A stretch of DNA of 64,000 bases from an uncultured Flavobacteriales bacterium. Lineage in GTDB: Bacteria; Bacteroidota; Bacteroidia; Flavobacteriales_D; CAJJDF01. The stretch's first letter is position 1, and each line of letters opens with the position of its first letter. The translations under genes were made by a program, and so were the position numbers. Below, one piece after another: positions 46,051 through 55,615 of this stretch. The DNA is taken from positions 2,458 to 66,457 of the forward strand of contig CALLII010000023.1 in assembly GCA_938009745.1 (NCBI GenBank), in the 5' to 3' direction. The notes under the pieces are model-generated. The model was not told where the DNA came from, made no database searches, and was given only the letters and a program-made list of their open reading frames with translations.

Positions 46051-48261
46051 TTACTTCCCCTTCCTCAACCAGTTAAGGATAACTGGTAGTAAATACAAAT
46101 CACAAATAAGTGCAACAACAAGACTGACTGTAACTAACAATCCAGTAATGAAATTGGCGTAAAAATTAGAAAGGATTAATACTCCAAATCCTGCTACTAA
46201 GGTAAGAGTTGTTAAGAAAATGGCTCCTCCACTGGTGCGGATTGTTGTAATTATTGAGTCGAAATTGTTATTTCCTTTGTCAATCTCAATTTTGTATCGA
46301 CCTAGGAAATGAATCGTATCATCTACTGCAATACCAAAGGCAATAGTGTAAACTATGGTTGTTCCGATATTCATCCCGAAATCGAACCAACCAACCACAG
46401 CAGTTATTGCAATAAGAGGAAGAATATTTGGAAATAGAGAGAAGAATCCAATTGAAATAGACTTGAAAATAATAGAAACAATGATAAAAAGGAATAGAAC
46501 TATTATCAATAAATTTACAATCATTCCATTGGCAACATTCACATTGGTTTCGTCAATAATATAGGCATTTCCTCCAAAGTTTACATCTAAATCTGGAGTG
46601 TTAGCTTTAGCAAAAGCTAGAAGTTTTTCGTTTGATTTTCGACACTCGTAACTACCGTAGTCTTTTGCTTTGGTTTTAATAAATGTGGAGTTCGATTTTC
46701 GAGAAACAAATCCTTTCAATCTAAATAGTTTAGCATTACTAATTAGCTTGCTTTTAACTTCTTTAATCTGATAATCTTCTTCAGGTATTTTGAATTGATT
46801 AGCAAAACCTCCGTTTAAAGCTCTATTAACTTGCTTGGCTGCTGTTGCTAGCCCAACTTCTACAGTTGCTTTGTATTCTTGTTCGGCAAAGGTTTCGATT
46901 TCATTAAGTTGAGAAAGAATTTTCTGGTCAAATAATGAAGCGTTAGAATCTTTGACAACTACCGTAATCGTTAAATCACGAATCCCGTACATGTCTTTTT
47001 CCATAAAATTCATCACAGTTGTGATTTCATCCGATTCCCCCATGTTTTCGTACACAAAGTTGTTGTGTTTCACTTTTAATATTCCCAATACGCAAAAAAT
47101 CAGAGCAACTCCAGTAACAATTAGGGTAGGTTTTACCCAAATGTTTTGAGGTGTAAGTCTTTCTAGAGTATTGTGTAAAGTAATTTTTTTGGAATAAAAT
47201 AAGAGAACAGGTAAGATGAAATAAGCCAAGAAAAAGGCATAAAACACACCCACTGCAGTGAAAATTGAAAACTCAGTAAATACCTGTATGTTAGAGTTTG
47301 ATAAGGATAAGAAGCCAATAGAAGTAGTAAGAGTAGTTAGGATAATAGCTTTAAGAATATCTTTTTGAGTCACTCTAATTCTTTCAAATTTATCGTTCGT
47401 TTTTTCTTCGCTATAACGCGAAATGATGTGGATAACATCACTAAGTGAAATAACTCCTACGATAACAGGGATTGCAATAGTAAGTACATTTAAAGCAAAA
47501 CCAAACATGGAGATAGTTCCCATTATCCAAATAACAGAACTAACTACAACAATAAATGGTATTACTATTCCTACAATTGATCTAAAGAAATACAATAAAA
47601 TTAGAACAATTAGTACAAAAGCAAGAATGATCAGTCGATTAGAATCTGACTTTATTTTTTTTGTGATTAAGAAACCATTGTGCTCATTATTTACAAAAAC
47701 TACTTGCTCAAATGTAAATTTAGATGAGATAGAATCAGTTTGCTGTTGCATCAACTTTAATGAGTCAAGTGTAATAGAATCATCAATAATTAAATAGATA
47801 AGCAATGATTTATTATCGTAACTAATGAATTTATTTTTTACATCCTGAAGGGAATCAAGTTCTATAAAACTGGTATCGAAATTTTCTTTGGTAGATAAAT
47901 CGAGAACATCATAAGGAATTGTCCCTACTGAAGAAAAAAGAGCTAGTTGCTGATTAGTGATAGAAAAAGCCTTTTTTACTCCCGAAATTTCACCTAATTC
48001 ATTGGTGAAAGAATCTACTTCTAGCATTGTTTCGTAAGAAAGAGCTTTTTCATTTTTTATCCCAATCATTGCTGTGTTGGGCAGTTCTTCGGTAAAATTG
48101 CTGAAGAACTCTTGGTTAAACACATACACTTTTTCGTCTTTATCAAAAAAATCGTCAATGTCATGACCGAACTCTACCTTGGATAATTGGTAAGCAAAGA
48201 AAGCCGTAATTAATAAAAAAAGTAGGGTAACTAGTTTTCTGTATCGAGTTGCAAATACCAA
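46051..48261 (-). CDS. MMPL/RND family transporter
   Basis: Two TM bundles with periplasmic loops; GVISLSDVIH and GIAVDDTIHF motifs. Confidence 0.9.
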   Translation of the reverse strand: MVFATRYRKLVTLLFLLITAFFAYQLSKVEFGHDIDDFFDKDEKVYVFNQEFFSNFTEELPNTAMIGIKNEKALSYETMLEVDSFTNELGEISGVKKAFSITNQQLALFSSVGTIPYDVLDLSTKENFDTSFIELDSLQDVKNKFISYDNKSLLIYLIIDDSITLDSLKLMQQQTDSISSKFTFEQVVFVNNEHNGFLITKKIKSDSNRLIILAFVLIVLILLYFFRSIVGIVIPFIVVVSSVIWIMGTISMFGFALNVLTIAIPVIVGVISLSDVIHIISRYSEEKTNDKFERIRVTQKDILKAIILTTLTTSIGFLSLSNSNIQVFTEFSIFTAVGVFYAFFLAYFILPVLLFYSKKITLHNTLERLTPQNIWVKPTLIVTGVALIFCVLGILKVKHNNFVYENMGESDEITTVMNFMEKDMYGIRDLTITVVVKDSNASLFDQKILSQLNEIETFAEQEYKATVEVGLATAAKQVNRALNGGFANQFKIPEEDYQIKEVKSKLISNAKLFRLKGFVSRKSNSTFIKTKAKDYGSYECRKSNEKLLAFAKANTPDLDVNFGGNAYIIDETNVNVANGMIVNLLIIVLFLFIIVSIIFKSISIGFFSLFPNILPLIAITAVVGWFDFGMNIGTTIVYTIAFGIAVDDTIHFLGRYKIEIDKGNNNFDSIITTIRTSGGAIFLTTLTLVAGFGVLILSNFYANFITGLLVTVSLVVALICDLYLLPVILNWLRKGK

Positions 48262-48280
48262 ATTCGTGTGTTTTGAGGGT

Positions 48281-48288
48281 CAAATTTA
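48281..48288 (-). promoter_or_regulatory. -7 promoter element for the MMPL gene
   Basis: TAAATTTG on the minus strand, 19 nt upstream of the TTG start. Confidence 0.5.
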
Positions 48289-48379
48289 GAAAAATTGGTA
48301 GTGACAAATAGGCGAAATGTAATTTTTATTTTCAGGTAAACAGTTGTAATTTTAAGCAAACAAATAATCCCACTAATTT

Positions 48380-48640
48380 ATGCCAACTCTCCCTTTCCAA
48401 AATGTAGAACATGTTGTTTACGAACATCAAACTGAAGGTAGATTAGTTGCCATAGAAAAAACGGAATCAAAAAGAGTAGGAGTTTTTTTCAAAGCTAACA
48501 AAGGAAAGAAGGCAAAGCCAAATGACAAGATTAAAGGGCATTGGTTTATAATAGATGAAGAATACAATTCGCTAAAAATAGATTTTAGCCAAGAAGTGGA
48601 AGTAGAAATTAAGGAATTGGAATTATTTCCTTTGAAGTAG
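48380..48640 (+). CDS. Hypothetical 86-aa protein upstream of recQ
   Basis: ATG preceded by A-rich context; 3-nt gap to recQ. Confidence 0.6.
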   Translation: MPTLPFQNVEHVVYEHQTEGRLVAIEKTESKRVGVFFKANKGKKAKPNDKIKGHWFIIDEEYNSLKIDFSQEVEVEIKELELFPLK

Positions 48641-48643
48641 AGT

Positions 48644-50755
48644 ATGAAAAAAAAATCAAAACAATTATTAAAAACCGTTTTCGGTTATGATGAATTTCGT
48701 CCTTTGCAGGAGGAGATAATTAACCGAACCTTAGAGGGAAAGGACAGTTTTGTGCTGATGCCAACTGGTGGAGGAAAATCTATGTGTTTTCAGATTCCTG
48801 CTTTGTGCATGGATGGAATTACCATTGTGGTTTCGCCACTTATTTCATTAATGAAAGATCAAGTTCAGGCATTAAAATCGAATGGGATAAAAGCTGATTT
48901 TTTTAATAGTTCTATTTCTCCTGAAGAAGAAAATGCTGTTATTGATAGAGCAATGAAAGGAGAGTTACAACTTCTTTATTTATCACCAGAGAAATTAATT
49001 TCAGTTAGTAATACTTGGCTAAGAGAATTGAATATAAAATTAGTAGCAGTAGATGAAGCTCACTGTGTGAGTATGTGGGGACACGATTTTAGACCAGAAT
49101 ACACTCAACTGAAAAACTTTAGAAATTCATTGCCTCAGGTTCCTTTTATGGCACTTACGGCTACAGCAGATAAATCGGCAAGGAAAGATATTGAGGCACA
49201 ACTAGGACTTAAAAAATCTAAACTATTCATCTCTTCTTTTGACCGAAAAAACCTAAGTATTGAGGTTAGAGGACAAGTTCCTAAAAAGAAAAAACTGGAA
49301 GAAATTGGGCGATTTGTATCCAGGAAAAAGAACGAAAGTGGCATTATTTATTGCCTGAGCAGAAAAAACACGGAGGAAGTTGCTGACTATTTAAAGGCAG
49401 ATGGGCATTCGGTAGAGTTTTATCATGCAGGAATGAATCCTGAGGAAAGAGAGAAGGTACAAACAGATTTTATTAATGACGATTCCAAAATAATAGTGGC
49501 TACAATTGCTTTTGGGATGGGAATTGATAAATCGAATGTGAGGTGGGTGATTCATTATAATTTACCCAAAAACTTAGAAGGATACTACCAAGAAATTGGA
49601 AGAGCAGGAAGAGATGGTTTGCCCTCAGAAACTCGTTTGTATTATAATATGAGAGATTTTGTATTGTACAGTCAGTTTGCAGATGGTGGAGCTAACTCTG
49701 CAATGCAAAAGGAGAAATTGAATAGAATGCTACAGTTTGCTGAAGCTAAATCGTGTAGGCGAAAAATATTGTTGTCTTATTTTGGAGAACACCTTACTGA
49801 AGATTGTGGAAATTGTGATGTGTGCGATAATCCGCCAAAGGATTTTGATGGAACAGTGATTGCACAAAAGGCACTTTCGGGAATCGCTCGTATGGGAGAG
49901 AAAGAAGGAATTACCATGCTCATTAATGTTTTAAGAGGATCAAACAATGCTGAGGTTCATGCAGGTAATTATTTTCAGTTAAAAACTTATGGAGTTGGGA
50001 AAGACGTGAGCTTTTTTGATTGGCGAGATTATATAATCCAATTGGCAAACCAAGGATTAATTGAAATTATGTATAGCGAAAGTTCTGCATTAAAAATAAG
50101 CCCGATTGGATGGAAAGTACTCAAAGGAGAAAAGGAAATTAAATTAACAAGACCAGTTACATTTGAAGAAAAAAAGAAGAAAACGAAACCAGTAAAATTA
50201 GTTACGGAGGGAGAAGTAAACGAAGGCTTGTTTTCGGAATTAAAAAAGTTGAGGTATTCTATTTCGAGAGAAGAAAATGTACCAGCTTACATTATTTTTA
50301 ACGATAAAGCTTTGCGACAAATGGCAAGTGAATTACCTGTGACCGAAAATGAATTTTTGGCAATTTCTGGAGTTGGGATGAATAAGATGCAGGAGTACGG
50401 GGAAGAATTTATGGAGGTGATACGAAAGTATAAAAGTGTTGCGAAACCAAAAAAAATTCCAACAACTTTAACCACTTTTCATCATTACAAAGAGGGATTG
50501 TCTCCAAAAGAAATTGCAGAGAAAAGAGAGTTGAGTATTACGACAATTTATTCTCATTTTTCTCAATTATATACAGAAGGAAAAAAGATTGATTTAAAGA
50601 AATTTGTAGAGAAAAAAGTAGTGGACGAAGTGCGTGTTGCATTTAATGAGTTGAACAGAGAACCGACCATGAAACCCATTTATGAAAGACTAGAAGAAAA
50701 AGTTTCTTACGGAGAAATAAGATTAAGTTTGGCATTAATTCTGAAGAGTGAATAA
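48644..50755 (+). CDS. recQ: ATP-dependent DNA helicase RecQ
   Basis: MPTGGGKS, VDEAHCVSMWGHDFRP, ATIAFGMGIDK, YQEIGRAGRDG, Zn-binding CRR...CGNCDVC, RQC, HRDC, C-terminal HTH. Confidence 0.97.
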   Translation: MKKKSKQLLKTVFGYDEFRPLQEEIINRTLEGKDSFVLMPTGGGKSMCFQIPALCMDGITIVVSPLISLMKDQVQALKSNGIKADFFNSSISPEEENAVIDRAMKGELQLLYLSPEKLISVSNTWLRELNIKLVAVDEAHCVSMWGHDFRPEYTQLKNFRNSLPQVPFMALTATADKSARKDIEAQLGLKKSKLFISSFDRKNLSIEVRGQVPKKKKLEEIGRFVSRKKNESGIIYCLSRKNTEEVADYLKADGHSVEFYHAGMNPEEREKVQTDFINDDSKIIVATIAFGMGIDKSNVRWVIHYNLPKNLEGYYQEIGRAGRDGLPSETRLYYNMRDFVLYSQFADGGANSAMQKEKLNRMLQFAEAKSCRRKILLSYFGEHLTEDCGNCDVCDNPPKDFDGTVIAQKALSGIARMGEKEGITMLINVLRGSNNAEVHAGNYFQLKTYGVGKDVSFFDWRDYIIQLANQGLIEIMYSESSALKISPIGWKVLKGEKEIKLTRPVTFEEKKKKTKPVKLVTEGEVNEGLFSELKKLRYSISREENVPAYIIFNDKALRQMASELPVTENEFLAISGVGMNKMQEYGEEFMEVIRKYKSVAKPKKIPTTLTTFHHYKEGLSPKEIAEKRELSITTIYSHFSQLYTEGKKIDLKKFVEKKVVDEVRVAFNELNREPTMKPIYERLEEKVSYGEIRLSLALILKSE

Positions 50756-51929
50756 GTCAATCCTAAATAAGGAGGTTCAAGAATTCATAGATGTAAATTT
50801 ACGCCTTGATACAAACGCCTTGATACTTAAGAAGTCTGTTTTTGTTGAGGTATCGAACAAAGAACTTGCTGAGCAGATAAGTGCTAAATTAAAGAGCAAA
50901 GATAAATTACCGACTTGGTTTGGATTGGAAAACGGCTTTTTTCCAGCCAAAATTTCTATTGAACAAACATCTTCTGAGGAAACAGCTAAGTATAAGTCGA
51001 GCTTGATTTCTGGTGAAGGCATTGTTGATTTAACTGGCGGATTTGGAGTGGATGATTTTTATTTTTCAGCTAATTTTGACTCAGTAATTCATTGTGAATT
51101 GAATCCAGAATTATCAGAAATTACCGAATATAATTTTAAAGAATTAGGAGTAGGGAATTGCACTTTTATTCAAGGAGATGGATTGGTTTTCTTACAAAAT
51201 TCAGAAGAGAAATTTGACTGGATTTATCTGGATCCTTCGCGAAGAAGTGAAATAAAAGGAAAGGTGTTTTTGTTGAAAGATTGCTTGCCAAATGTTCCAG
51301 ATAATTTGGATTTACTTTTTTCAAAATCTAATAATGTAATGATGAAAACATCTCCTTTGGTAGATATTTCTCATGGAATATCTGAACTAAAAGGAGTGAA
51401 AGAAATTCATGTAGTTGCAGTTAAAAATGAGGTAAAAGAATTGCTTTGGATTCTGGAGAAAGAGTACTCAGGAGATATTTTAATTAAAACTGTAAACTTA
51501 ATTGGAGAGGATAAACAAGAGTTTGAATTTGCACTAACAAGCGAAGGGAATCAAGAACCCAACTATTCACTTCCTTTAACTTATTTGTACGAACCTAATT
51601 CTGCAATTCTTAAATCGGGGGCTTTTAATCAGGTTTCTGTACAATTGGAATTATTCAAGCTTAACAAGCATTCACATCTATACACAAATCAGGATTTAAT
51701 AGCCTTTCCTGGAAGAGTTTTTAAAATTAAGGAAATAGTCCCTTTTCAAAAGAAGGTGCTTAAAAAACGCTTTGGAGGGAGCAAAGCCAACATTACAATT
51801 CGTAATTTCCCAAAGAAAGTGGATGAGCTAAGAAAAGATTTGAGTATTAAAGATGGGGGAGAAGTCTATTTGTTTTTTACAACTAATAGAACAGGGGAGA
51901 AGGTTTGTTTGGTTTGCGGGAAGGTTTAG
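50748..51929 (+). CDS. Class I SAM-dependent methyltransferase with THUMP-like C-terminus
   Basis: EQTSSE.TA.YK, VDLTGGFGVDD, IYLDPSRR, LYEPNSAILKSG. Confidence 0.85.
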   Translation: MNKSILNKEVQEFIDVNLRLDTNALILKKSVFVEVSNKELAEQISAKLKSKDKLPTWFGLENGFFPAKISIEQTSSEETAKYKSSLISGEGIVDLTGGFGVDDFYFSANFDSVIHCELNPELSEITEYNFKELGVGNCTFIQGDGLVFLQNSEEKFDWIYLDPSRRSEIKGKVFLLKDCLPNVPDNLDLLFSKSNNVMMKTSPLVDISHGISELKGVKEIHVVAVKNEVKELLWILEKEYSGDILIKTVNLIGEDKQEFEFALTSEGNQEPNYSLPLTYLYEPNSAILKSGAFNQVSVQLELFKLNKHSHLYTNQDLIAFPGRVFKIKEIVPFQKKVLKKRFGGSKANITIRNFPKKVDELRKDLSIKDGGEVYLFFTTNRTGEKVCLVCGKV

Positions 51930-51966
51930 AGAATCAACCAATCTCAAAGCCTCTTTTTGAGAGAAA

Positions 51967-52614
51967 CTATTCTTTTTTTAATGTATGAATATCGATTATC
52001 AATTGATTAACCGAAGTTTTGTTCAATCCATTATAAATACCTCTTATGTGACTGTTCTTATCAATTAAAACAAAGTTTTCGGTATGTAGAAAATCATCAT
52101 TGTCTTTATCCACCCCTAAATTTTCTTCTACAAAGTAATCCTTTCTTCCTAGTTTGTAAATTTCTTCTTTTGGGCCAGTAACCAGGTGCCATTTGCCAGA
52201 AATAATTTCTTGGGTTTTGGCATATTCTTTTAAAATTGATACTGAATCTCTATCAGGAGTTACTGAGTGCGATAGCAATAGGATCTTATCATCATCAATG
52301 AATACGTCTTGCAATAATTTCATGTTACGTGTCATTTTTGGACAAATACCCCCGCATGAAGTAAAAAAGAAATCTGTTACATATATTTTTCCATCAAAAG
52401 TTTCTTGGGTTACAAATTCTCCGTCTTGATTTTGAAATTTGAAAGGAGAAATTTGATGAAATGAATTAGGCATTTCATCCTCATTAGCAAACCAATGAGG
52501 AGTAAAAGTTTCCTCGCTATAAAAAGGAAGTTTATCTACTCTACTTTTGTTTTTTGATTCTTCTCGACATGACAACAATGCCAATAGCATAGTAAATACA
52601 ATAATCTTATTCAT
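51967..52614 (-). CDS. SCO/SenC family copper-binding lipoprotein
   Basis: Lipobox LLSC, DFFFTSCGGICP (CxxxC), SVTPDRD, WHLVTG, FLHTENFVLID (His ligand). Confidence 0.93.
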   Translation of the reverse strand: MNKIIVFTMLLALLSCREESKNKSRVDKLPFYSEETFTPHWFANEDEMPNSFHQISPFKFQNQDGEFVTQETFDGKIYVTDFFFTSCGGICPKMTRNMKLLQDVFIDDDKILLLSHSVTPDRDSVSILKEYAKTQEIISGKWHLVTGPKEEIYKLGRKDYFVEENLGVDKDNDDFLHTENFVLIDKNSHIRGIYNGLNKTSVNQLIIDIHTLKKE

Positions 52615-53236
52615 TATTTTTTATTTTTTGATCCTCTAGTCCATAACAAAGAGACGCTTTTCTTAATCCAAATGTCCTTCCGTTTTTCGCTTCATAATTT
52701 GCGAAAATCACACCATTTTGTCTAAATGCCTTTTGAATACCATTTTCTTTACCCATTTTAAAATTCAAAATTTTATTAATCTCACCTGTTGGATACCATT
52801 TTTTTTGCTCTCCATTAAGTTTGCCATTGGTATATTTGAGATGCGACAGAAGTGTGTGTGAAGAATCTGAGCTCCAATCTTTTTTCTCACCATGTAATTT
52901 CCCTTCATAAAAATTTGCAGAGCTTTTTAAAACTCCGTTATCAAACCATTCTAGCCATTCATTTTGTGAACTACCATTTAGTATTCCAAATTTTTTGACA
53001 AGGTTTCCTTTTTCATTTTTTGCGATAGCATATCCCGAAAAATTATTTCCATCCTTAAGCCACTTTGATATTTTATTATCATAGGTAAGCAAAGAAAGAT
53101 CAATAACAGTATCAGGAACTTCTAAAACAACAAAATCTCCTGAGGTACTAATTTCAGGAGATTTTTGTTCACTAGTATTACAGCTACCTAAAATAAGGAT
53201 TAAACCAATTAATTTAAAATAACTTTTTACTATCAT
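52607..53236 (-). CDS. MORN-variant repeat (YwqK-like) lipoprotein
   Basis: Lipobox ILGSC; repeats W..NG.LK...F..GKLHG / W.P.GE...NGK.NG.QK.F..NG. Confidence 0.8.
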   Translation of the reverse strand: MIVKSYFKLIGLILILGSCNTSEQKSPEISTSGDFVVLEVPDTVIDLSLLTYDNKISKWLKDGNNFSGYAIAKNEKGNLVKKFGILNGSSQNEWLEWFDNGVLKSSANFYEGKLHGEKKDWSSDSSHTLLSHLKYTNGKLNGEQKKWYPTGEINKILNFKMGKENGIQKAFRQNGVIFANYEAKNGRTFGLRKASLCYGLEDQKIKNNE

Positions 53237-53245
53237 AAATATTAA

Positions 53246-54034
53246 TTATAGTATTCCGTTTGGAACACCTTGTAGGTCTACACCAAATAATACAATATAA
53301 GTTCCAGTATAAATTTCATTAATAATGTGGTAGTGATAAAATGAACAGCCATCACTGTGCTGAGTTGTTGATTGATGTCCTCCAGAAACATCTAAATCTG
53401 TTGGGTATGCTCCAGTAGAATTACATTTCCTTCCGTATAAAAGAAACCCATCTTGTAAGATACCATTAAGTGCATCATCATCATGAGATAATACTGTATT
53501 TTCAGGAACATTTGAAGACTCTACATGGTAATGATAACCTGTTGGTCCACTGTGTCCACCTGCATAATCAAAACCTGCTGCAACCCCTGCAGTTAATGCT
53601 CCCATACCTTCTTCATCATTAAATATAGGTACTCCAGTTACAGAAATTCCTATTGCTCCTAATCCTGTAGAAGAAGAAGTAGAAGCTTTTCCTGGAGAAG
53701 AAGGTACAGTTAACGTATAACTTCCACTAGTTATTGTTCCTGGTGACATTGAGCTTGCAGTTGCAACTACGGGCGAAATGTATAAACTATTTGTTGTTGC
53801 CCAATAAGGAGATGTATGATTAGGAAGAGCATTCGATACAATTGTAACGTCATCCCCACTATATGAAATTGTTACTGCAGCAGTATTAAATTCATCAAAA
53901 GCTTTCGTAGGTGTTGGGCAATCACTGACTACTGTAGTAGAAGTGCACTCTTCAGTTTCATCATTTTTTTTACAAGAAAATGCTACTGCACAACTTAGTA
54001 TTGTAATTAAAAAAAGGTTTTTATTGATTTTCAT
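53246..54034 (-). CDS. YHYH-domain lipoprotein
   Basis: Lipobox AFSC, SNALPNH, IGISVTGVPIFN, GGHSGPTGYHYH, DGFLLYG, FYHYHI. Confidence 0.88.
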   Translation of the reverse strand: MKINKNLFLITILSCAVAFSCKKNDETEECTSTTVVSDCPTPTKAFDEFNTAAVTISYSGDDVTIVSNALPNHTSPYWATTNSLYISPVVATASSMSPGTITSGSYTLTVPSSPGKASTSSSTGLGAIGISVTGVPIFNDEEGMGALTAGVAAGFDYAGGHSGPTGYHYHVESSNVPENTVLSHDDDALNGILQDGFLLYGRKCNSTGAYPTDLDVSGGHQSTTQHSDGCSFYHYHIINEIYTGTYIVLFGVDLQGVPNGIL

Positions 54035-54206
54035 ATTATTTTTTTAAGAGTTTTGTTTTATAACTGTTTTGACGAAAGCTACAAACAAATCCTTCTTACA
54101 TATACTATTTTTATTCAATGAGCCTCAGAGCCTATTGTTTTCATTAATATTTATGTTTTGATAATGGAAAGTTAATCAGTTAATTCAGAAAGGTAACCCA
54201 TTTATC

Positions 54207-54827
54207 TTACTTTTTATATTCCTCAATATTTATCTCTTTCTCACAAAAAAATGATTCATCATCCTGATTGTTTGAGGCTACAAATACAATTCTATTCTCG
54301 AGATTGTTTTTTATTAGATTTTGATACCAATCAATAGCATTTCTATCCAAGTTAGAAGTAGGCTCGTCTAGTAGTAAAATACGAGTTTCTGATAAGATAG
54401 CAAGTCCAAGTTTGACCCTTTGTTTCATACCAGAAGAAAAATTCTTTATAGCTTTTTCTTTAGCTTTTTCTAATTCAATGATTGAGATAAATTCTTTGTA
54501 ATCGATCCCATTTTTTAATGGTTTTAATTGACAATAGAATTTTACTAATTCTTCAATAGTATATTCTTCAAATACACCAATATAGGGTGCTGCATAGGAA
54601 ACATACTTGTATATGTTCTCTGGTGAAATTACTTTTTCATCACTATAAATTATTCCTCCTTCAGATGGAGTTTCAAATCCCGAAATAGTTTTAAGTAAGG
54701 TTGATTTTCCAGATCCATTAGACCCAGATATCACGAAAGATGCAGGCGCGTTTAATTCAAGAGATAAATTCCTGAAAATCCACTCACGGTTATACTTTTT
54801 ACCGACTTTATCAAGTGTGATTTTCAT
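54207..54827 (-). CDS. Orphan ABC ATP-binding protein
   Basis: GSNGSGKST, FSSGMKQR, LLLDEPTSNLD; no permease nearby. Confidence 0.9.
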   Translation of the reverse strand: MKITLDKVGKKYNREWIFRNLSLELNAPASFVISGSNGSGKSTLLKTISGFETPSEGGIIYSDEKVISPENIYKYVSYAAPYIGVFEEYTIEELVKFYCQLKPLKNGIDYKEFISIIELEKAKEKAIKNFSSGMKQRVKLGLAILSETRILLLDEPTSNLDRNAIDWYQNLIKNNLENRIVFVASNNQDDESFFCEKEINIEEYKK

Positions 54828-54836
54828 AAAAGCAAA

Positions 54837-55613
54837 TTAATTAAATCCTCTCATAATTCCCTTAGTTTCACTGTTAATGAAATCAAGAATTTCTGTTTTT
54901 TCTGGTGAATTTGGCAATTCTATGTCAGCAATTTTAAGTGCTTGAGTCATGTTTTTGTTTTGGACATAAACAACTCTATACACATCTTCAATATTCGTTA
55001 CTTGCTCGTTTGTATACCCTCTTCTTCTTAATCCGATAGAGTTTACTCCAACATAAGAAATAGGTTCACGAGCAGCCTTCACAAATGGAGGTACACTTTT
55101 TCTTACCATGCTTCCACCTGCTACAAAAGCGTGTTTTCCAATACGAGTAAATTGTTGCACACCTACCATTCCTTCAATAATTGCCCAGTCTCCAATTGTA
55201 ACATGTCCAGCAATATTTACTGAGTTTGCAACCACACAATTATCTCCCATAATGGTATCGTGACCGAAATGCGAATAAGCCATTACTAAGCAATTGTTTC
55301 CAATTTGAGTAGTCATTTTATCCACTGTTCCTCTATTAATCGTAACACATTCTCTAATAGTAGTATTGTCACCAATTATTACAGTAGTATCTTCTCCTGC
55401 AAACTTTAAATCTTGTGGTATAGCAGAAATAACTGCACCAGGGAAAATTTTACAATTTTTACCGATTCGAGCTCCGCTCATAATTACGGCACCAGGACCA
55501 ATCCAAGTTCCGCTTCCAATTTCTACATTATCACCAATAGTAGCAAATGGTTCTATAATTGCATCATCCGCAATTTTCGCATTTGGATGTATGTTTGCTT
55601 GAGGATTACTCAT
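54837..55613 (-). CDS. lpxA: UDP-N-acetylglucosamine acyltransferase
   Basis: Hexapeptide repeats, PQDLKF, RECVTINRGT, MAYSHFGHD. Confidence 0.96.
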   Translation of the reverse strand: MSNPQANIHPNAKIADDAIIEPFATIGDNVEIGSGTWIGPGAVIMSGARIGKNCKIFPGAVISAIPQDLKFAGEDTTVIIGDNTTIRECVTINRGTVDKMTTQIGNNCLVMAYSHFGHDTIMGDNCVVANSVNIAGHVTIGDWAIIEGMVGVQQFTRIGKHAFVAGGSMVRKSVPPFVKAAREPISYVGVNSIGLRRRGYTNEQVTNIEDVYRVVYVQNKNMTQALKIADIELPNSPEKTEILDFINSETKGIMRGFN

Positions 55614-55615
55614 AA

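Noticed and set aside
36551-51929. Impression of slightly more CG-containing codons as a horizontally acquired island
   Set aside because: Not quantified. The region contains core genes (der, recQ) and no integrase, tRNA or direct repeats; a sliding GC/codon-usage calculation would be needed.
52607-53236. YwqK-like protein as a toxin-antitoxin antitoxin
   Set aside because: It is a lipoprotein with generic MORN-variant repeats and no toxin gene is adjacent.
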